Shown here in pieces: positions 36,631 through 46,585 of a DNA stretch of 64,000 bases (its first letter is position 1; every line of letters starts with the position of its first letter). The notes beneath the pieces are model-generated. The model worked only from the letters and a program-made list of their open reading frames with translations, was not told the origin of the DNA and did no database searches. A program made the translations under genes and the position numbers. Origin of the DNA: a virus (lineage: Duplodnaviria > Caudoviricetes); IMG/VR virus record IMGVR_UViG_3300033074_001499, positions 20,315 through 84,314 of that record. One strand, 5' to 3'.

Positions 36631-36864
36631 AGACCCATCTTAAACAGAAAGCCCTACAGGAAAACACAAAATGCGTACAGAATGGCAAGCTGCAATCTCT
36701 CTGATCAAAGATGCTATGTCTTCCTCTCGTTCTGTAAGCAAGCAAGTTATAAAAACTTCTTTGCAAGACAAAGCTTCGATGGTAGAATACGCTAAAGCTC
36801 AAGGGAGCTACGGCAAGAAAGCAATGTTCACTGTTCAATAACCAGACAATCAGAGGATGACGTC

Positions 36865-37050
36865 ATGCTAGCTTGGGCTCTTGTAATTGGATTGAACATT
36901 AATGGAGATGTTTACGAGTCTATCCCTTACAGCTTCACTACGGAGCAAGAATGCTGGAAAGCAGCAGAGAAATACACTCCGATGATGGATGAACAAGGAG
37001 ACTTTGCTCTGTGTTCCCACATGTATCTGAAAGAGAAAGACAGCAAATAG
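36865..37050 (+). CDS. Hypothetical secreted/membrane small protein
   Basis: Hydrophobic N-terminus; FTTEQECWKA. Confidence 0.7.
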   Translation: MLAWALVIGLNINGDVYESIPYSFTTEQECWKAAEKYTPMMDEQGDFALCSHMYLKEKDSK

Positions 37051-37158
37051 CTTATTTGCATCAAATAGCCTACAGCCAATAGAAAAATTCAATTAGACGC
37101 CCCTTCACTGGGGCATTATTATTTACCCATACAAAGCAAACACAGCGGAGTAACTCAA

Positions 37159-37305
37159 ATGTCCTACGTAGCCAAGAATCCTAAGAACCAATCTCTGGTA
37201 GACGAATTTGTTATGCGTCTTGAACGTGAAAAGCATGTCATCTCCAAACGTCTTGTTTGGGAATCTCTGATTAAGCAAGCTGTAAACAGCGAGAAAGTGA
37301 TCTAA
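37159..37305 (+). CDS. Small hypothetical protein (48 aa)
   Basis: Hand-translated MSYVAKNPKNQSLVDEFVMRLE...; GGAG RBS; followed by terminator. Confidence 0.65.
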   Translation: MSYVAKNPKNQSLVDEFVMRLEREKHVISKRLVWESLIKQAVNSEKVI

Positions 37306-37326
37306 AGATTTAAACAACATTAAACG

Positions 37327-37357
37327 AAAGCCCTGTAATGCTCTTACAGGGCTTTTT
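37327..37357 (+). terminator. Strong intrinsic terminator ending early region
   Basis: AAAGCCCTGTAA-N5-TTACAGGGCTTT-TT. Confidence 0.88.
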
Positions 37358-37359
37358 CT

Positions 37360-38150
37360 TTGTCTTGAATAATGTATATGTTGTCATGCAATGCATGACA
37401 GCTTAATACAACACAATGCTATGCATTGAATATGTTCTCAACACAAAGCAAAGCTTTGTAGTGTCTATTCTTCAATACATAGTATTGAATGTCCAATACG
37501 AAGAATAATTCAATAAAATATCTTGTTTTTATTTGTATTGTTCTTCTTTATTTAGCAATGATTTATCATTAATTTTATTAGTTAATGTTAAGCCTACTCT
37601 TTCTTTTCTGTCAAGAAAAGGAATTAATATCTAATATTGTTTACAATAAAGCTTAATTATTCCTATATTATTTATAATATATCTTTATTCTTGTTCTATA
37701 ATTTATTTATAGAATGTATCCATCCATAGCGTAGCTATACACTGTCCCCATCTCATGTGTGTACACACATATTATATACAACTATCTATTATTTAATAAT
37801 GCTACCGTAATTAAATACAATCAATTATGTAGTTCTATTATGTTCTAATTAGTGCATTTAACATATAACAGCTTAAGGACAATCAGTGGTGTATGTATAT
37901 CCTGAGATAGAACTAATCAATGAGTGTCATTGCATTGAGTGCTCTGTATGTTAACGATATGTCCATTGGCAAGCCAATGATTAGTGTACAAGACGATATT
38001 TTAAAATTTTAGTTGACAGATGAATGGAGGTGGGGTAGAGTGTTAAGCTACTCAGAGATCAATCTTAAAATTTTACTATCGATCTTATAGGATACCCATA
38101 TATGAATCCTACTGCTGATATTTCCTATCATTGATATTTCAACAGATATA
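37360..38150. other. AT-rich, palindrome-rich non-coding region; candidate genome terminus or origin
   Basis: No ORF of 60 aa or more; several perfect inverted repeats; lies between convergent terminators. Confidence 0.6.
38013..38041 (+). promoter_or_regulatory. Sigma70 promoter with no downstream gene
   Basis: UP element, TTGACA-N17-TAGAGT. Confidence 0.65.
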
Positions 38151-38178
38151 AAAATACCCCTGTATTTCTACAGGGGGT
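38150..38178 (-). terminator. Intrinsic terminator ending the leftward block
   Basis: CCCCTGTA-N4-TACAGGGG with T-run on minus strand. Confidence 0.8.
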
Positions 38179-38240
38179 TTGGGACATTTTGACTGGAATG
38201 AATTATTGCACTTCGCACTCATATATAATATAGGGGTAAA

Positions 38241-38298
38241 AAAGTGCACTTGTATGTTTTACAGGGTGCACCAAGTTTTATACGAAATAAAGTGCACT
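38241..38298. repeat. Repeated GTGCAC palindromes (iteron-like)
   Basis: AAAGTGCACT at 38241 and 38289; GGTGCACC at 38265. Confidence 0.6.
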
Positions 38299-38857
38299 AC
38301 TTGTTTATACGCTCATCCATGATTTCTGTCAAAAGCTCTATTCTATCCATTCTACGTTTAAGAGTTTCACCTTCCACGTTAGGTTTTAGATATTCTAATA
38401 ATTCGTATTTAACAGAAGACGGAGATGTTTCAGGGAATGTATCACAATACCACCTTATCAGATTGTCCAACTCATCCTGCATGTGCAGGACATATGCACA
38501 GAAAGCTTGATAGGATTCTTTAGGCTTTGTGGTTGAAAGCCAATCTGGTCTAAACAAACAATCAGGATTTTTAGATTTTGCTTTGTTTCTAATATATCGT
38601 ATTTGATCTTTGGAGAGTTTCTTGTCTTTGTTGTATTTCATGATCACTCCATTGGCTTCATATACACTCACCCCTTCTGGTATTGTTGCTAGACGTATAA
38701 GTTCATTAAGACATTCATCATCTTGCTCTGATTTGAGCACTCCTTTTAGATTTCTCTTACACCAATCAACAGAAACAGCCCCATTTAAGGAGCTGGATAT
38801 TTCTGCATACGTCATACCACTCTGTCTTAAGGCGATGGCTTGTTCTCTAATATTCAC
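38297..38857 (-). CDS. N-terminal HTH DNA-binding protein
   Basis: REQAIALRQSGMTYAEISSSL HTH pattern. Confidence 0.7.
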   Translation of the reverse strand: MNIREQAIALRQSGMTYAEISSSLNGAVSVDWCKRNLKGVLKSEQDDECLNELIRLATIPEGVSVYEANGVIMKYNKDKKLSKDQIRYIRNKAKSKNPDCLFRPDWLSTTKPKESYQAFCAYVLHMQDELDNLIRWYCDTFPETSPSSVKYELLEYLKPNVEGETLKRRMDRIELLTEIMDERINK

Positions 38858-39026
38858 ATTTAAATTTCCTCTTCTTCAAATTCAAAATGAACTAATTCCC
38901 AAACAGCCTTGGATATGGCTTTATATTGTTTTGTATTAGCAAAAACATCCCAATCAACTCCCATAGAGTTAGATAGGCTCCAATCCAGGCAATTCATAAT
39001 ACTATCGTGTTCTTTGTATTTATCGT

Positions 39027-39317
39027 TCATAGTCTTACACTCCCAGGACCATCCCAATTATGTACCACTTTAATTAGTTTGTTATTGCAAAACAATACAG
39101 CTTCTTTTCCATGCACCCAAGCTTCAATTGTGAATGTACAAAATGCTCGTCCTGAAATCCTCCCAGGACAGTTGAATGGACCTGCTGTATTACTGACTGT
39201 TTGAGGGTATGCCCAATATTCCATTTCATGATAGTTCACATTATCTTTTCCAAACACTTCCACCAGTTGTTCGTAGGCTTGTTCCTGAGTGTATTCAACA
39301 CTCTTTTGTTTATTCAT
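39027..39317 (-). CDS. Hypothetical protein
   Basis: ORF track. Confidence 0.7.
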   Translation of the reverse strand: MNKQKSVEYTQEQAYEQLVEVFGKDNVNYHEMEYWAYPQTVSNTAGPFNCPGRISGRAFCTFTIEAWVHGKEAVLFCNNKLIKVVHNWDGPGSVRL

Positions 39318-39502
39318 TTATATTCTCCTTCGTTTCTGTAGCTTTCAAAAACCCCTTTCCCATCACAATTGATACAACATTCTGATTGAAATACTTTTTC
39401 TCCTTCGCAAGCAGGGCAAAACCATCCACTGATCCATCTGGGATTGATTTTATATTTTGTTTCTTTCATTACAACAGATACAGCTTCTCCCATGTTTTCC
39501 AT
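39314..39502 (-). CDS. Small zinc-finger protein (DnaJ-like CxxCxGxG)
   Basis: CPACEGEK...CINCDGKG. Confidence 0.65.
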   Translation of the reverse strand: MENMGEAVSVVMKETKYKINPRWISGWFCPACEGEKVFQSECCINCDGKGVFESYRNEGEYK

Positions 39503-39584
39503 TCATTTTGTTTAATTCTCCACCCCACCCAAGTCATCCAGTCAGATGCATACGTGTTTTCATGTAAAGCAGTGTTTGGTTTAT

Positions 39585-39848
39585 TCATACAATCTCCACT
39601 TCAATTCCAAATTCTTTTGTTAGCTTCTTTAGCTCTTCCAGGGTCATGCAATACAGATAGCTATCTCCATAGGACATATCTCCTTGATGTTGTTTTATTG
39701 CATGGATGTAGTAATCTTCTTCATCCAAGGCTGGTCCTAAAAGAGCATTAACATCTTCACTTCTATAGAATGAAAGCCATGAGGGTAGACAGCAATCACA
39801 CTCAGGTTCATAAAGATACCCCTCATCGTAGAACGTATATTTAGTCAT
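39585..39848 (-). CDS. Hypothetical protein
   Basis: ORF track. Confidence 0.7.
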   Translation of the reverse strand: MTKYTFYDEGYLYEPECDCCLPSWLSFYRSEDVNALLGPALDEEDYYIHAIKQHQGDMSYGDSYLYCMTLEELKKLTKEFGIEVEIV

Positions 39849-40383
39849 TTTTCCATCCCATCTTATTCCAATAATTGAATTTATCAGCTACAGCATTAGC
39901 GTGTTTCTTGTCAAAACATCTAGACAACGTGTAGCCATCCCTAATACGAGCAACAATCCATTTCTTGTTCTTACATTCTACTTTACAATACATAGAATTT
40001 TCCTACTTTCTAAAACCTCTTCGATTTCTATTTGAAAAATATCTGAACATTTTTCATAGATTGAGGGAATATCTTCATTTGGTTCTGTAGTGGCACACAT
40101 AATGGAGTTTGGAAGATCGAGGCGCTCATACCAAAAATATTCTCCAGCCATTTTAACCTAATATAAAATACAAAAATCTGTTGTATTTTTCATTTTAACT
40201 TCACAAACCCAACATTTATACTTCATAAATTTCACCACCAATAATTATTGTATTGTGTAAAAACATAAGGGATTGGTTTTCTCTCTACAACCCCTGTGTC
40301 TTTTTGAATAAACATTCTATATCCAAATTCAAAATAGCCGACACACTCCCAATTCATATTATCCTCCACAAACAATTGAAGCC

Positions 40384-40677
40384 TCAATCAAGAGGCTTGT
40401 CTATTGTACCGTACAATCTCATATTTTCCATCATCTGTTCCGCATCTTCACAAGCACGCTGAATTTCTTCATCAGATGGTTGATAGTGATTTTCTGAAGA
40501 AGTTGAACATTCCAGCCACTCTTTTAGAGTGATGGACTTTTCCTTATTTTCCTGAAGCCTTTCAATTGCCTCTTCAATTGAGTATTTGTCTAGTCTCTCT
40601 TCAACAGTTTTAAAATATTCTTCATCAGTCATCACTTTTATCCTCCATATTCGATTCCACAATCTTATCTCTCCCAC
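40384..40677 (-). CDS. Hypothetical protein (start uncertain)
   Basis: ORF track. Confidence 0.65.
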   Translation of the reverse strand: MGEIRLWNRIWRIKVMTDEEYFKTVEERLDKYSIEEAIERLQENKEKSITLKEWLECSTSSENHYQPSDEEIQRACEDAEQMMENMRLYGTIDKPLD

Positions 40678-40972
40678 GCTTAGTCATTGCTTTTGATTTG
40701 TCTTTTGAAACATTCATAACAGAATAACACACCTTCACGTATTCTCCAAGAAGAACATCATCATGCTTTATTTCATTAGGAATCTCAATCTCTTTCCTAG
40801 CTGTAGCACAGATATACCACCTCATTTCCTCTCGTGTCAAGGAAGATGGAATTAGAATATGTTCTCCTGAAAGAGCTTTCTCCATCCTTTCCATGTCGAA
40901 ATTGATTTCATCAGTCATCTTCTTCCCATTCTCCGATAGCCTGATAAAGCTCACACAAAGCAGATGTAGCAT
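40625..40972 (-). CDS. Hypothetical protein (start probably MTDEIN)
   Basis: ORF track. Confidence 0.65.
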   Translation of the reverse strand: MLHLLCVSFIRLSENGKKMTDEINFDMERMEKALSGEHILIPSSLTREEMRWYICATARKEIEIPNEIKHDDVLLGEYVKVCYSVMNVSKDKSKAMTKRGRDKIVESNMEDKSDD

Positions 40973-41144
40973 CCATTAATGCTTTTGCACAACGTTGATT
41001 CCAGATAGCAGGATGTGGTGGACGATCTGTGAATTCCTGATCTGGATCAACAAAACCAAGACTTTGTTCAAGCATAACAAGCATCATGTGTGTGCGATCG
41101 AGGCCTTCATGTTGAAACCACTTATCAATCTTTTCTTGAGTCAT
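40911..41144 (-). CDS. Hypothetical protein
   Basis: AAGGAGAAGA RBS; HEGLDR...ELYQAIG. Confidence 0.75.
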   Translation of the reverse strand: MTQEKIDKWFQHEGLDRTHMMLVMLEQSLGFVDPDQEFTDRPPHPAIWNQRCAKALMDATSALCELYQAIGEWEEDD

Positions 41145-41316
41145 TCTTCTTCTCCTTTAACATCCCCGAACTCACCTACATATTTGTAGTAATGTGTAGT
41201 AGAGAGGTCAATATCAAAAACATTGCACATATCTAGACACTGCTTGCATGGGTTGTTATCTGTACAACCCTGAGGATTGTTTTCTTCACAATAAGAAGTA
41301 ATAGCTAGAAATCTGG

Positions 41317-41547
41317 TCATTTTTCTTCCTCCAAAGCTTTATACAGTTTTTCATAATTCTCATCAACAATAGCTTGCTCTTCTTTTGTTAGAGATGACCA
41401 AGGAATTTCCCCTTCATAATCCATTATCTCATCAAAAGAGGCTTTTGGGAAGCCAACAACCCATCCATAATCAGACAGCTTTGAGAATTGCATTTCCATC
41501 CCTGTCTTTAAGTTTTTGTAATAGTAATGTACAGGATCAATTTTCAT
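41317..41547 (-). CDS. Hypothetical protein
   Basis: ORF track. Confidence 0.7.
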   Translation of the reverse strand: MKIDPVHYYYKNLKTGMEMQFSKLSDYGWVVGFPKASFDEIMDYEGEIPWSSLTKEEQAIVDENYEKLYKALEEEK

Positions 41548-41858
41548 TTATCTATTTCCATCCAATCAATAAATTCTTGTCTTTGTTTAAAATACTCTTT
41601 TTCTCTATCCCTCTCAATTTTATTTTTTACGGCCAAACCTACAGCATTATTTTCATCAGGATTCATCCAATAGACATTGCAGGTAAAACCATAATGAGGG
41701 TCTAAATAAATTTCAATTTTAAGGTATTCTTTGCTCGACTCATTCTTAAAAATTTTAAGATTGTACCACTGAGGATCGTTTTCTCTTTCTAGGTAAATCG
41801 TAGGATGATCTTCATCAATTCTTTTAATGATTTCAATTACAGGTTGTGAAATTTTCAT
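41544..41858 (-). CDS. Hypothetical protein, ISEPV family
   Basis: ISQPV motif. Confidence 0.75.
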   Translation of the reverse strand: MKISQPVIEIIKRIDEDHPTIYLERENDPQWYNLKIFKNESSKEYLKIEIYLDPHYGFTCNVYWMNPDENNAVGLAVKNKIERDREKEYFKQRQEFIDWMEIDK

Positions 41859-42238
41859 GCAACACCATCCACAAACATTCTAATTAAAATATTATCTACA
41901 GCTTTCAAAATATTATGTCTAGTTTCAAAATCTTCTACATCAAACGCGAGCTGTGTAATTTCATTTAGCATTGGACGAAATTCTCCGAACACAGCCTCAG
42001 CCATAGATTTTCTTGTTTGATATTTCACCATCCCCAGCATTTCTTTATCGTGTTGAGTGACGATTACTTTCTGAGAAAGAGCTACACTAATATCATAGCT
42101 GATGTTATATGAAGATGGATTCTGAGGATAGCGTTGCTCAGTCCAACTATCTTTGACATTCACGAATTTAGACAACACAGGTACATAATATCGATTTTCA
42201 TCTTGTTTAGCTTGTACGAGACGAATTAGTTCACTCAT
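41855..42238 (-). CDS. Hypothetical protein
   Basis: ORF track; EAVFGEFR. Confidence 0.75.
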   Translation of the reverse strand: MSELIRLVQAKQDENRYYVPVLSKFVNVKDSWTEQRYPQNPSSYNISYDISVALSQKVIVTQHDKEMLGMVKYQTRKSMAEAVFGEFRPMLNEITQLAFDVEDFETRHNILKAVDNILIRMFVDGVA

Positions 42239-42684
42239 TTACAATACACTCCCATAACACGTTGACGTTCTTTAGTTTGTTCAATTTTAGATTTAGCTTC
42301 ACTTTTCTTTTTACGTCTATCTTCCACTCTTGCAATTCTTTCTGCAAGAACTTTCATTCTTTTATTCACTTCTGAAATTACATATTCCTTTTCTTCTTCA
42401 GTCATCCATGTTGGAAGAGGACTGTCATTTTTAAATGATAAGGGCATAGGTTGAGCAAATTTACCAAATTCACTACACCAGTAAGTTCGTGCTACAAGCA
42501 AAAAACATTTTTCCCCTGTTTCATTATCAGTAAAATGAAATGCATAAGAACCCCACACACCACTTTCATGCCATTTCATACTCCATCTTCCTTTTTCATC
42601 AAAAGTTTTTACAATTGAATAAACAGGCTCTGAGATATTGGCAGGCGGTGGGTTCTTTGATTTAAACCAATTAAACATCGTCAA
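42235..42684 (-). CDS. Hypothetical protein, ISEPV family
   Basis: ISEPV motif. Confidence 0.75.
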   Translation of the reverse strand: MTMFNWFKSKNPPPANISEPVYSIVKTFDEKGRWSMKWHESGVWGSYAFHFTDNETGEKCFLLVARTYWCSEFGKFAQPMPLSFKNDSPLPTWMTEEEKEYVISEVNKRMKVLAERIARVEDRRKKKSEAKSKIEQTKERQRVMGVYCK

Positions 42685-43294
42685 TCCCCATTTTATAAAT
42701 TTCTGTTAGTCGAATACGTTCTTTCTGATTGTTTCTCTTTGTACGAACATCTTTTAAATATTTTAAACGCTCAACTCTCTCTTTTACAATCTTCTCCACT
42801 TCTTCTACCAGATACGCAAGCTCATCTTCAGTAGCCCACAGCAAATTTTTAGTGTTGACACGGTACTTGGTGGAATGACTGAATTCATATGCATCAACTT
42901 CATATTTTTCTTGTGAAACTAAATCCAAAAGTTCCAATCGAACACGGGTATATGTACCACGATCTTCTTCAGGATAACTTCTTTCAGTCTTAAATCGCCT
43001 TGGAGTTTGTTTAAAGCATTTAAGAAATGAAATAACAGGCTCAGAAATATGCTCATTGAAAACTGGTTCTTTAATCGGCTCTTGTTTTGATATAAAATCC
43101 CTAGCATCTCGTTCTGTTTTAAATCCCGATTTGTATAGATTATAATCTACAGTAAATATGTGTTTATTATCCCTTGTCCTCTCTTCTTTATAACATTTCA
43201 CATAAACATCGTAGATAGTGTTTTTAAAGATAAATCCTTTCACAGCTTCTCGAATTGTATAATCAAGCAGGCCGTTCATTTCTTCCACCTCCAA
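42671..43294 (-). CDS. Hypothetical protein, ISEPV family with N-terminal extension
   Basis: ISEPV motif. Confidence 0.75.
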   Translation of the reverse strand: MEVEEMNGLLDYTIREAVKGFIFKNTIYDVYVKCYKEERTRDNKHIFTVDYNLYKSGFKTERDARDFISKQEPIKEPVFNEHISEPVISFLKCFKQTPRRFKTERSYPEEDRGTYTRVRLELLDLVSQEKYEVDAYEFSHSTKYRVNTKNLLWATEDELAYLVEEVEKIVKERVERLKYLKDVRTKRNNQKERIRLTEIYKMGIDDV

Positions 43295-43674
43295 AGATCA
43301 TTCATTTCTTTAAAAACTGGCTGCATAATTTCTTGTGCAAGCTGTTCACACAGATTTTTGTACACTTTATCAAGATGTTCTTTCTTATCCTCCAATAAAT
43401 TATCAAGTTTTGTTTTCACTTGATATTCTTTACCATTCAAAACAAACTTGACAATGTAAACTGTCTCATAGTTTACAGGATTTTCAAAAGCAATACAAGC
43501 AGCACTGAGTGTATTATTGGTTGTGGAGACACTTCCTACAATACTTTTTAAAGATTTCTCCCTCATTTCTTCCAAAAGCTTCAAACTTTCATCTGTTGGA
43601 GCACGTTTTTCTGTAATATTCACATTTTTAGTAATTTCACGAGTAATATGCTGGTCATAATAAGTATCAAACAT
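43276..43674 (-). CDS. Hypothetical protein
   Basis: ITEKRAPTDES..LL.EM, a recurrent phage family. Confidence 0.75.
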   Translation of the reverse strand: MFDTYYDQHITREITKNVNITEKRAPTDESLKLLEEMREKSLKSIVGSVSTTNNTLSAACIAFENPVNYETVYIVKFVLNGKEYQVKTKLDNLLEDKKEHLDKVYKNLCEQLAQEIMQPVFKEMNDLWRWKK

Positions 43675-43686
43675 TAATATTTTCTC

Positions 43687-43947
43687 CTAAATTGCAGCAT
43701 TATTTTCAATAAAACATTTATCACGCAATGTTTTGTAGATTGTAGAGTTTTTTATAGCAGATTTATCTATTCCTTGCAAGTTGAAAATCCACACCACCTT
43801 GTAATAAGCATCATGTTCACATTGAATCACTTGTATTTCTTTAACATCCTGAGCCCAAACATCATAATACACAATGTCTGTCTTGTGTTCAACAGAACAT
43901 CCGAATAAAAACATGCAAAGCAGGAGGGAATATTTCATTCTTTCCAC
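43687..43947 (-). CDS. Putative lipoprotein
   Basis: Signal peptide ending LFGC. Confidence 0.6.
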   Translation of the reverse strand: MERMKYSLLLCMFLFGCSVEHKTDIVYYDVWAQDVKEIQVIQCEHDAYYKVVWIFNLQGIDKSAIKNSTIYKTLRDKCFIENNAAI

Positions 43948-44132
43948 ACCACTTCTTGTTTTGGCTTAGTGAAAATTCTTTTATGTCGTTCAAGAGATTC
44001 CATTGCTTCCTCTAGCGTGCCTTCAGAGCCAGGATTGCCATGGTTATCTTCAAAAGAGTACACCCAAAACAACCAAAGCACTTTATGTTGCACATAAAAC
44101 ATATAATCTTTCTTAATAATTCGATATTTCAT
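43935..44132 (-). CDS. Hypothetical protein
   Basis: ORF track. Confidence 0.7.
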   Translation of the reverse strand: MKYRIIKKDYMFYVQHKVLWLFWVYSFEDNHGNPGSEGTLEEAMESLERHKRIFTKPKQEVVWKE

Positions 44133-44323
44133 TAATATTTACCTTCTCTGTAAAGAACTCCGTCAATTTGACATTGTACGTAGAAAACATCCCCTTCCCG
44201 CCCCGTACCGCGTGCTGGAATACCACCTAAAGACTTACATTTCTGCTCAAGTTTACTCACTTCCTCAAAACTCATCGAACAACCACCTAGAAAAACCATT
44301 AGAATCAAAACATATTTCATCAA
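44132..44323 (-). CDS. Putative lipoprotein
   Basis: Signal peptide ending LGGC. Confidence 0.65.
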   Translation of the reverse strand: MMKYVLILMVFLGGCSMSFEEVSKLEQKCKSLGGIPARGTGREGDVFYVQCQIDGVLYREGKY

Positions 44324-44605
44324 TTAATCCTCTTTTCTTGAAAAACACACTTTAATTTTAGAATTGAATAATTCTACTTCTCTGCAATGTTCACCAATTA
44401 AGTGAATTCCTAGTGGTTTTGTCAGAGCTAAAGTTTTAAAAATTTCATCATCTTTCCCGCCCACCACATTTACAGCTATACAGAAATTATCAAGAGTTTC
44501 AATTTTTACATATTCTACTCCATCTATCTCATATAGACATTTTTCTATAGATTTGAAATTTGCATGTCTCTTGAAATTGTCATTTAATTCTTTAAAATCT
44601 AACAT
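44324..44605 (-). CDS. Hypothetical protein
   Basis: ORF track. Confidence 0.65.
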   Translation of the reverse strand: MLDFKELNDNFKRHANFKSIEKCLYEIDGVEYVKIETLDNFCIAVNVVGGKDDEIFKTLALTKPLGIHLIGEHCREVELFNSKIKVCFSRKED

Positions 44606-44826
44606 TCCATCATCCTCGCTTTCCGAACAATTTCATTAAGAGCCTCGTTCCACCCTTTATCATAACTTTCTTCTTCAATAGTTTTGTTAAGTTTGTCAAT
44701 TTCTTCTGCAAATTTTAAAACAATAAAGGCAGGGATAGAATCAACCACCCCTGCCTCAATATACTGTACAATTTCTTCCACTGTCAAGTGTTCAAGATTC
44801 ATTTTTATTCTCCTTAAATAAAACAA
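44599..44826 (-). CDS. Hypothetical protein (start probably MNLEHL)
   Basis: AAGGAG RBS. Confidence 0.65.
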   Translation of the reverse strand: MFYLRRIKMNLEHLTVEEIVQYIEAGVVDSIPAFIVLKFAEEIDKLNKTIEEESYDKGWNEALNEIVRKARMMEC

Positions 44827-44940
44827 TAGGGATATTTCACCCCATTTTAAACAAAATATATTATACCCGTTAAGACTTGTTTAAAAATAGCATTTAAACG
44901 GCCTACAAGGCCCCTAGAATCGTTTTTCTGTTTGGGCCCG

Positions 44941-45636
44941 TTAAATGGTATTCCTTTGCTCTTCTACCTCTTTAACATCGTCTAAGACGGCTTTCATTTG
45001 ATGTTGATTTTTAACTGGATTGGAACTGCAAATTTTTATAGCATATTCCGCTCTTCGAATTCCTAAAATCTCTATCATAGCTTCAAGATATTTTGGTGGA
45101 ATTTTGTAAATCTTTTTTGCATACTCTAAAACATGATCTAAAGATTTAAAATTTTTACCATCTATTTTTATAGGAGAATTTTCAGACTTCTCAATTTCAA
45201 TACCGTCAAAACTTACACACCACGGTTTCCAATCCATCCTTTGTTGTGCAATTTCTGCTAAATGTGAAACACCTTTTGCGAAAATTTCAAACCTCCCCGT
45301 AAACTGTGCATACTCTAACCCATCTTCATCCCAAACTTGACTATATCTTATAATCCTATTAAGTTTTATAGACAATTTAATTTTACACTCATCTGCTCTG
45401 TCAAAAATATCTTTTTGTAAACTGTCGGACAATAGATTGTTACATTCAGAACAAGCGGGTACTGTGAGTGGTCTATGCGTGTTATACAAACTCATGTAGT
45501 CGTGATACCTGCTTACAGGAGGAACATGATCTTGCGTGTTTGATATTTCTCCACAATAAAAACATCTACCCTTGTAAGCATAAGGTACATCAATTGGCGT
45601 ATATAAATAACCTATTTGATCTCTATTTAATTTCAT
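44941..45636 (-). CDS. HNH-like zinc nuclease-domain protein
   Basis: CFYCGE...QDHVPP...VPACSECNNL. Confidence 0.72.
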   Translation of the reverse strand: MKLNRDQIGYLYTPIDVPYAYKGRCFYCGEISNTQDHVPPVSRYHDYMSLYNTHRPLTVPACSECNNLLSDSLQKDIFDRADECKIKLSIKLNRIIRYSQVWDEDGLEYAQFTGRFEIFAKGVSHLAEIAQQRMDWKPWCVSFDGIEIEKSENSPIKIDGKNFKSLDHVLEYAKKIYKIPPKYLEAMIEILGIRRAEYAIKICSSNPVKNQHQMKAVLDDVKEVEEQRNTI

Positions 45637-46195
45637 CTATATGTTTTAATCTCTTTTCCAAATTTCCTCAAGAAGCTTTTCTTTCTGATTATCATTAAGA
45701 TAATCTGCTGTGTTAATGATTCTTGTGACAGATTGTAGAGTTTTTGTGTGAATCAAATCCATTTCTTCCTTCAATTGTCGAATCTTATTATTAAATTCTT
45801 TCTTTTCTGAATTTAACATCAATCTTCTCTCCAATATTCTACTTGAACAACTGGATTCCCATAAACATATCCAGATTTGATTTGAAAATTCTTGATCCCG
45901 AAGCTCAAACAAAAATCACTAGCACTCTGAAGATTACGAAAAAGCTTCACATGACGTTGTTGTTCTTCGTATTCACCTTCAATAATGTTATTTTCTTGTT
46001 CAATCTTTTCCATTAATTTCCCCTCAATCAAACATCTCAGCACAATATTCTGATACGAATAGACAAATATCAATATCTGACATATTACTATCCACTTTAT
46101 ATTTCAAATAATCTTTACCAAGATAACCAAATCCTTCTTCATTATATTCAGATTCTTCTACCCACTGACCATCTTCCCAAATGATAATAGTTTTC

Positions 46196-46576
46196 TTAGA
46201 CATAATCGTCTCCTAGAAATTCTTTTACATAATCCTCAAATTTAAATTTTACCACATGTGATTGTGTAAGGATAATTCGATTTTTCTTGGAGTATTGCAG
46301 TTTTACGTTATACACAATCTTTGAAGCAAAGGCAACATGTAATTGGTATGGTGTAAATTTATTAAAAGGATACTTGAAATATTTATGACCACTCCAATCA
46401 CGAAGAGTTCCGTTATGTAATTTTACAGCAGTGTTGAAAGAGATATTAGCGATTTCTTTCAGATTAGGATGATTCGTATAGAAGAATTTCTCTGTTGGAT
46501 GAGCTGAATATTCATACCCAAGAGCTTTCATGAAATTCATCAAACTTTTCAGTTGAATACGACTAGTATCAATCAT
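46196..46576 (-). CDS. Hypothetical protein
   Basis: ORF track. Confidence 0.7.
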   Translation of the reverse strand: MIDTSRIQLKSLMNFMKALGYEYSAHPTEKFFYTNHPNLKEIANISFNTAVKLHNGTLRDWSGHKYFKYPFNKFTPYQLHVAFASKIVYNVKLQYSKKNRIILTQSHVVKFKFEDYVKEFLGDDYV

Positions 46577-46585
46577 AATTTTTCC

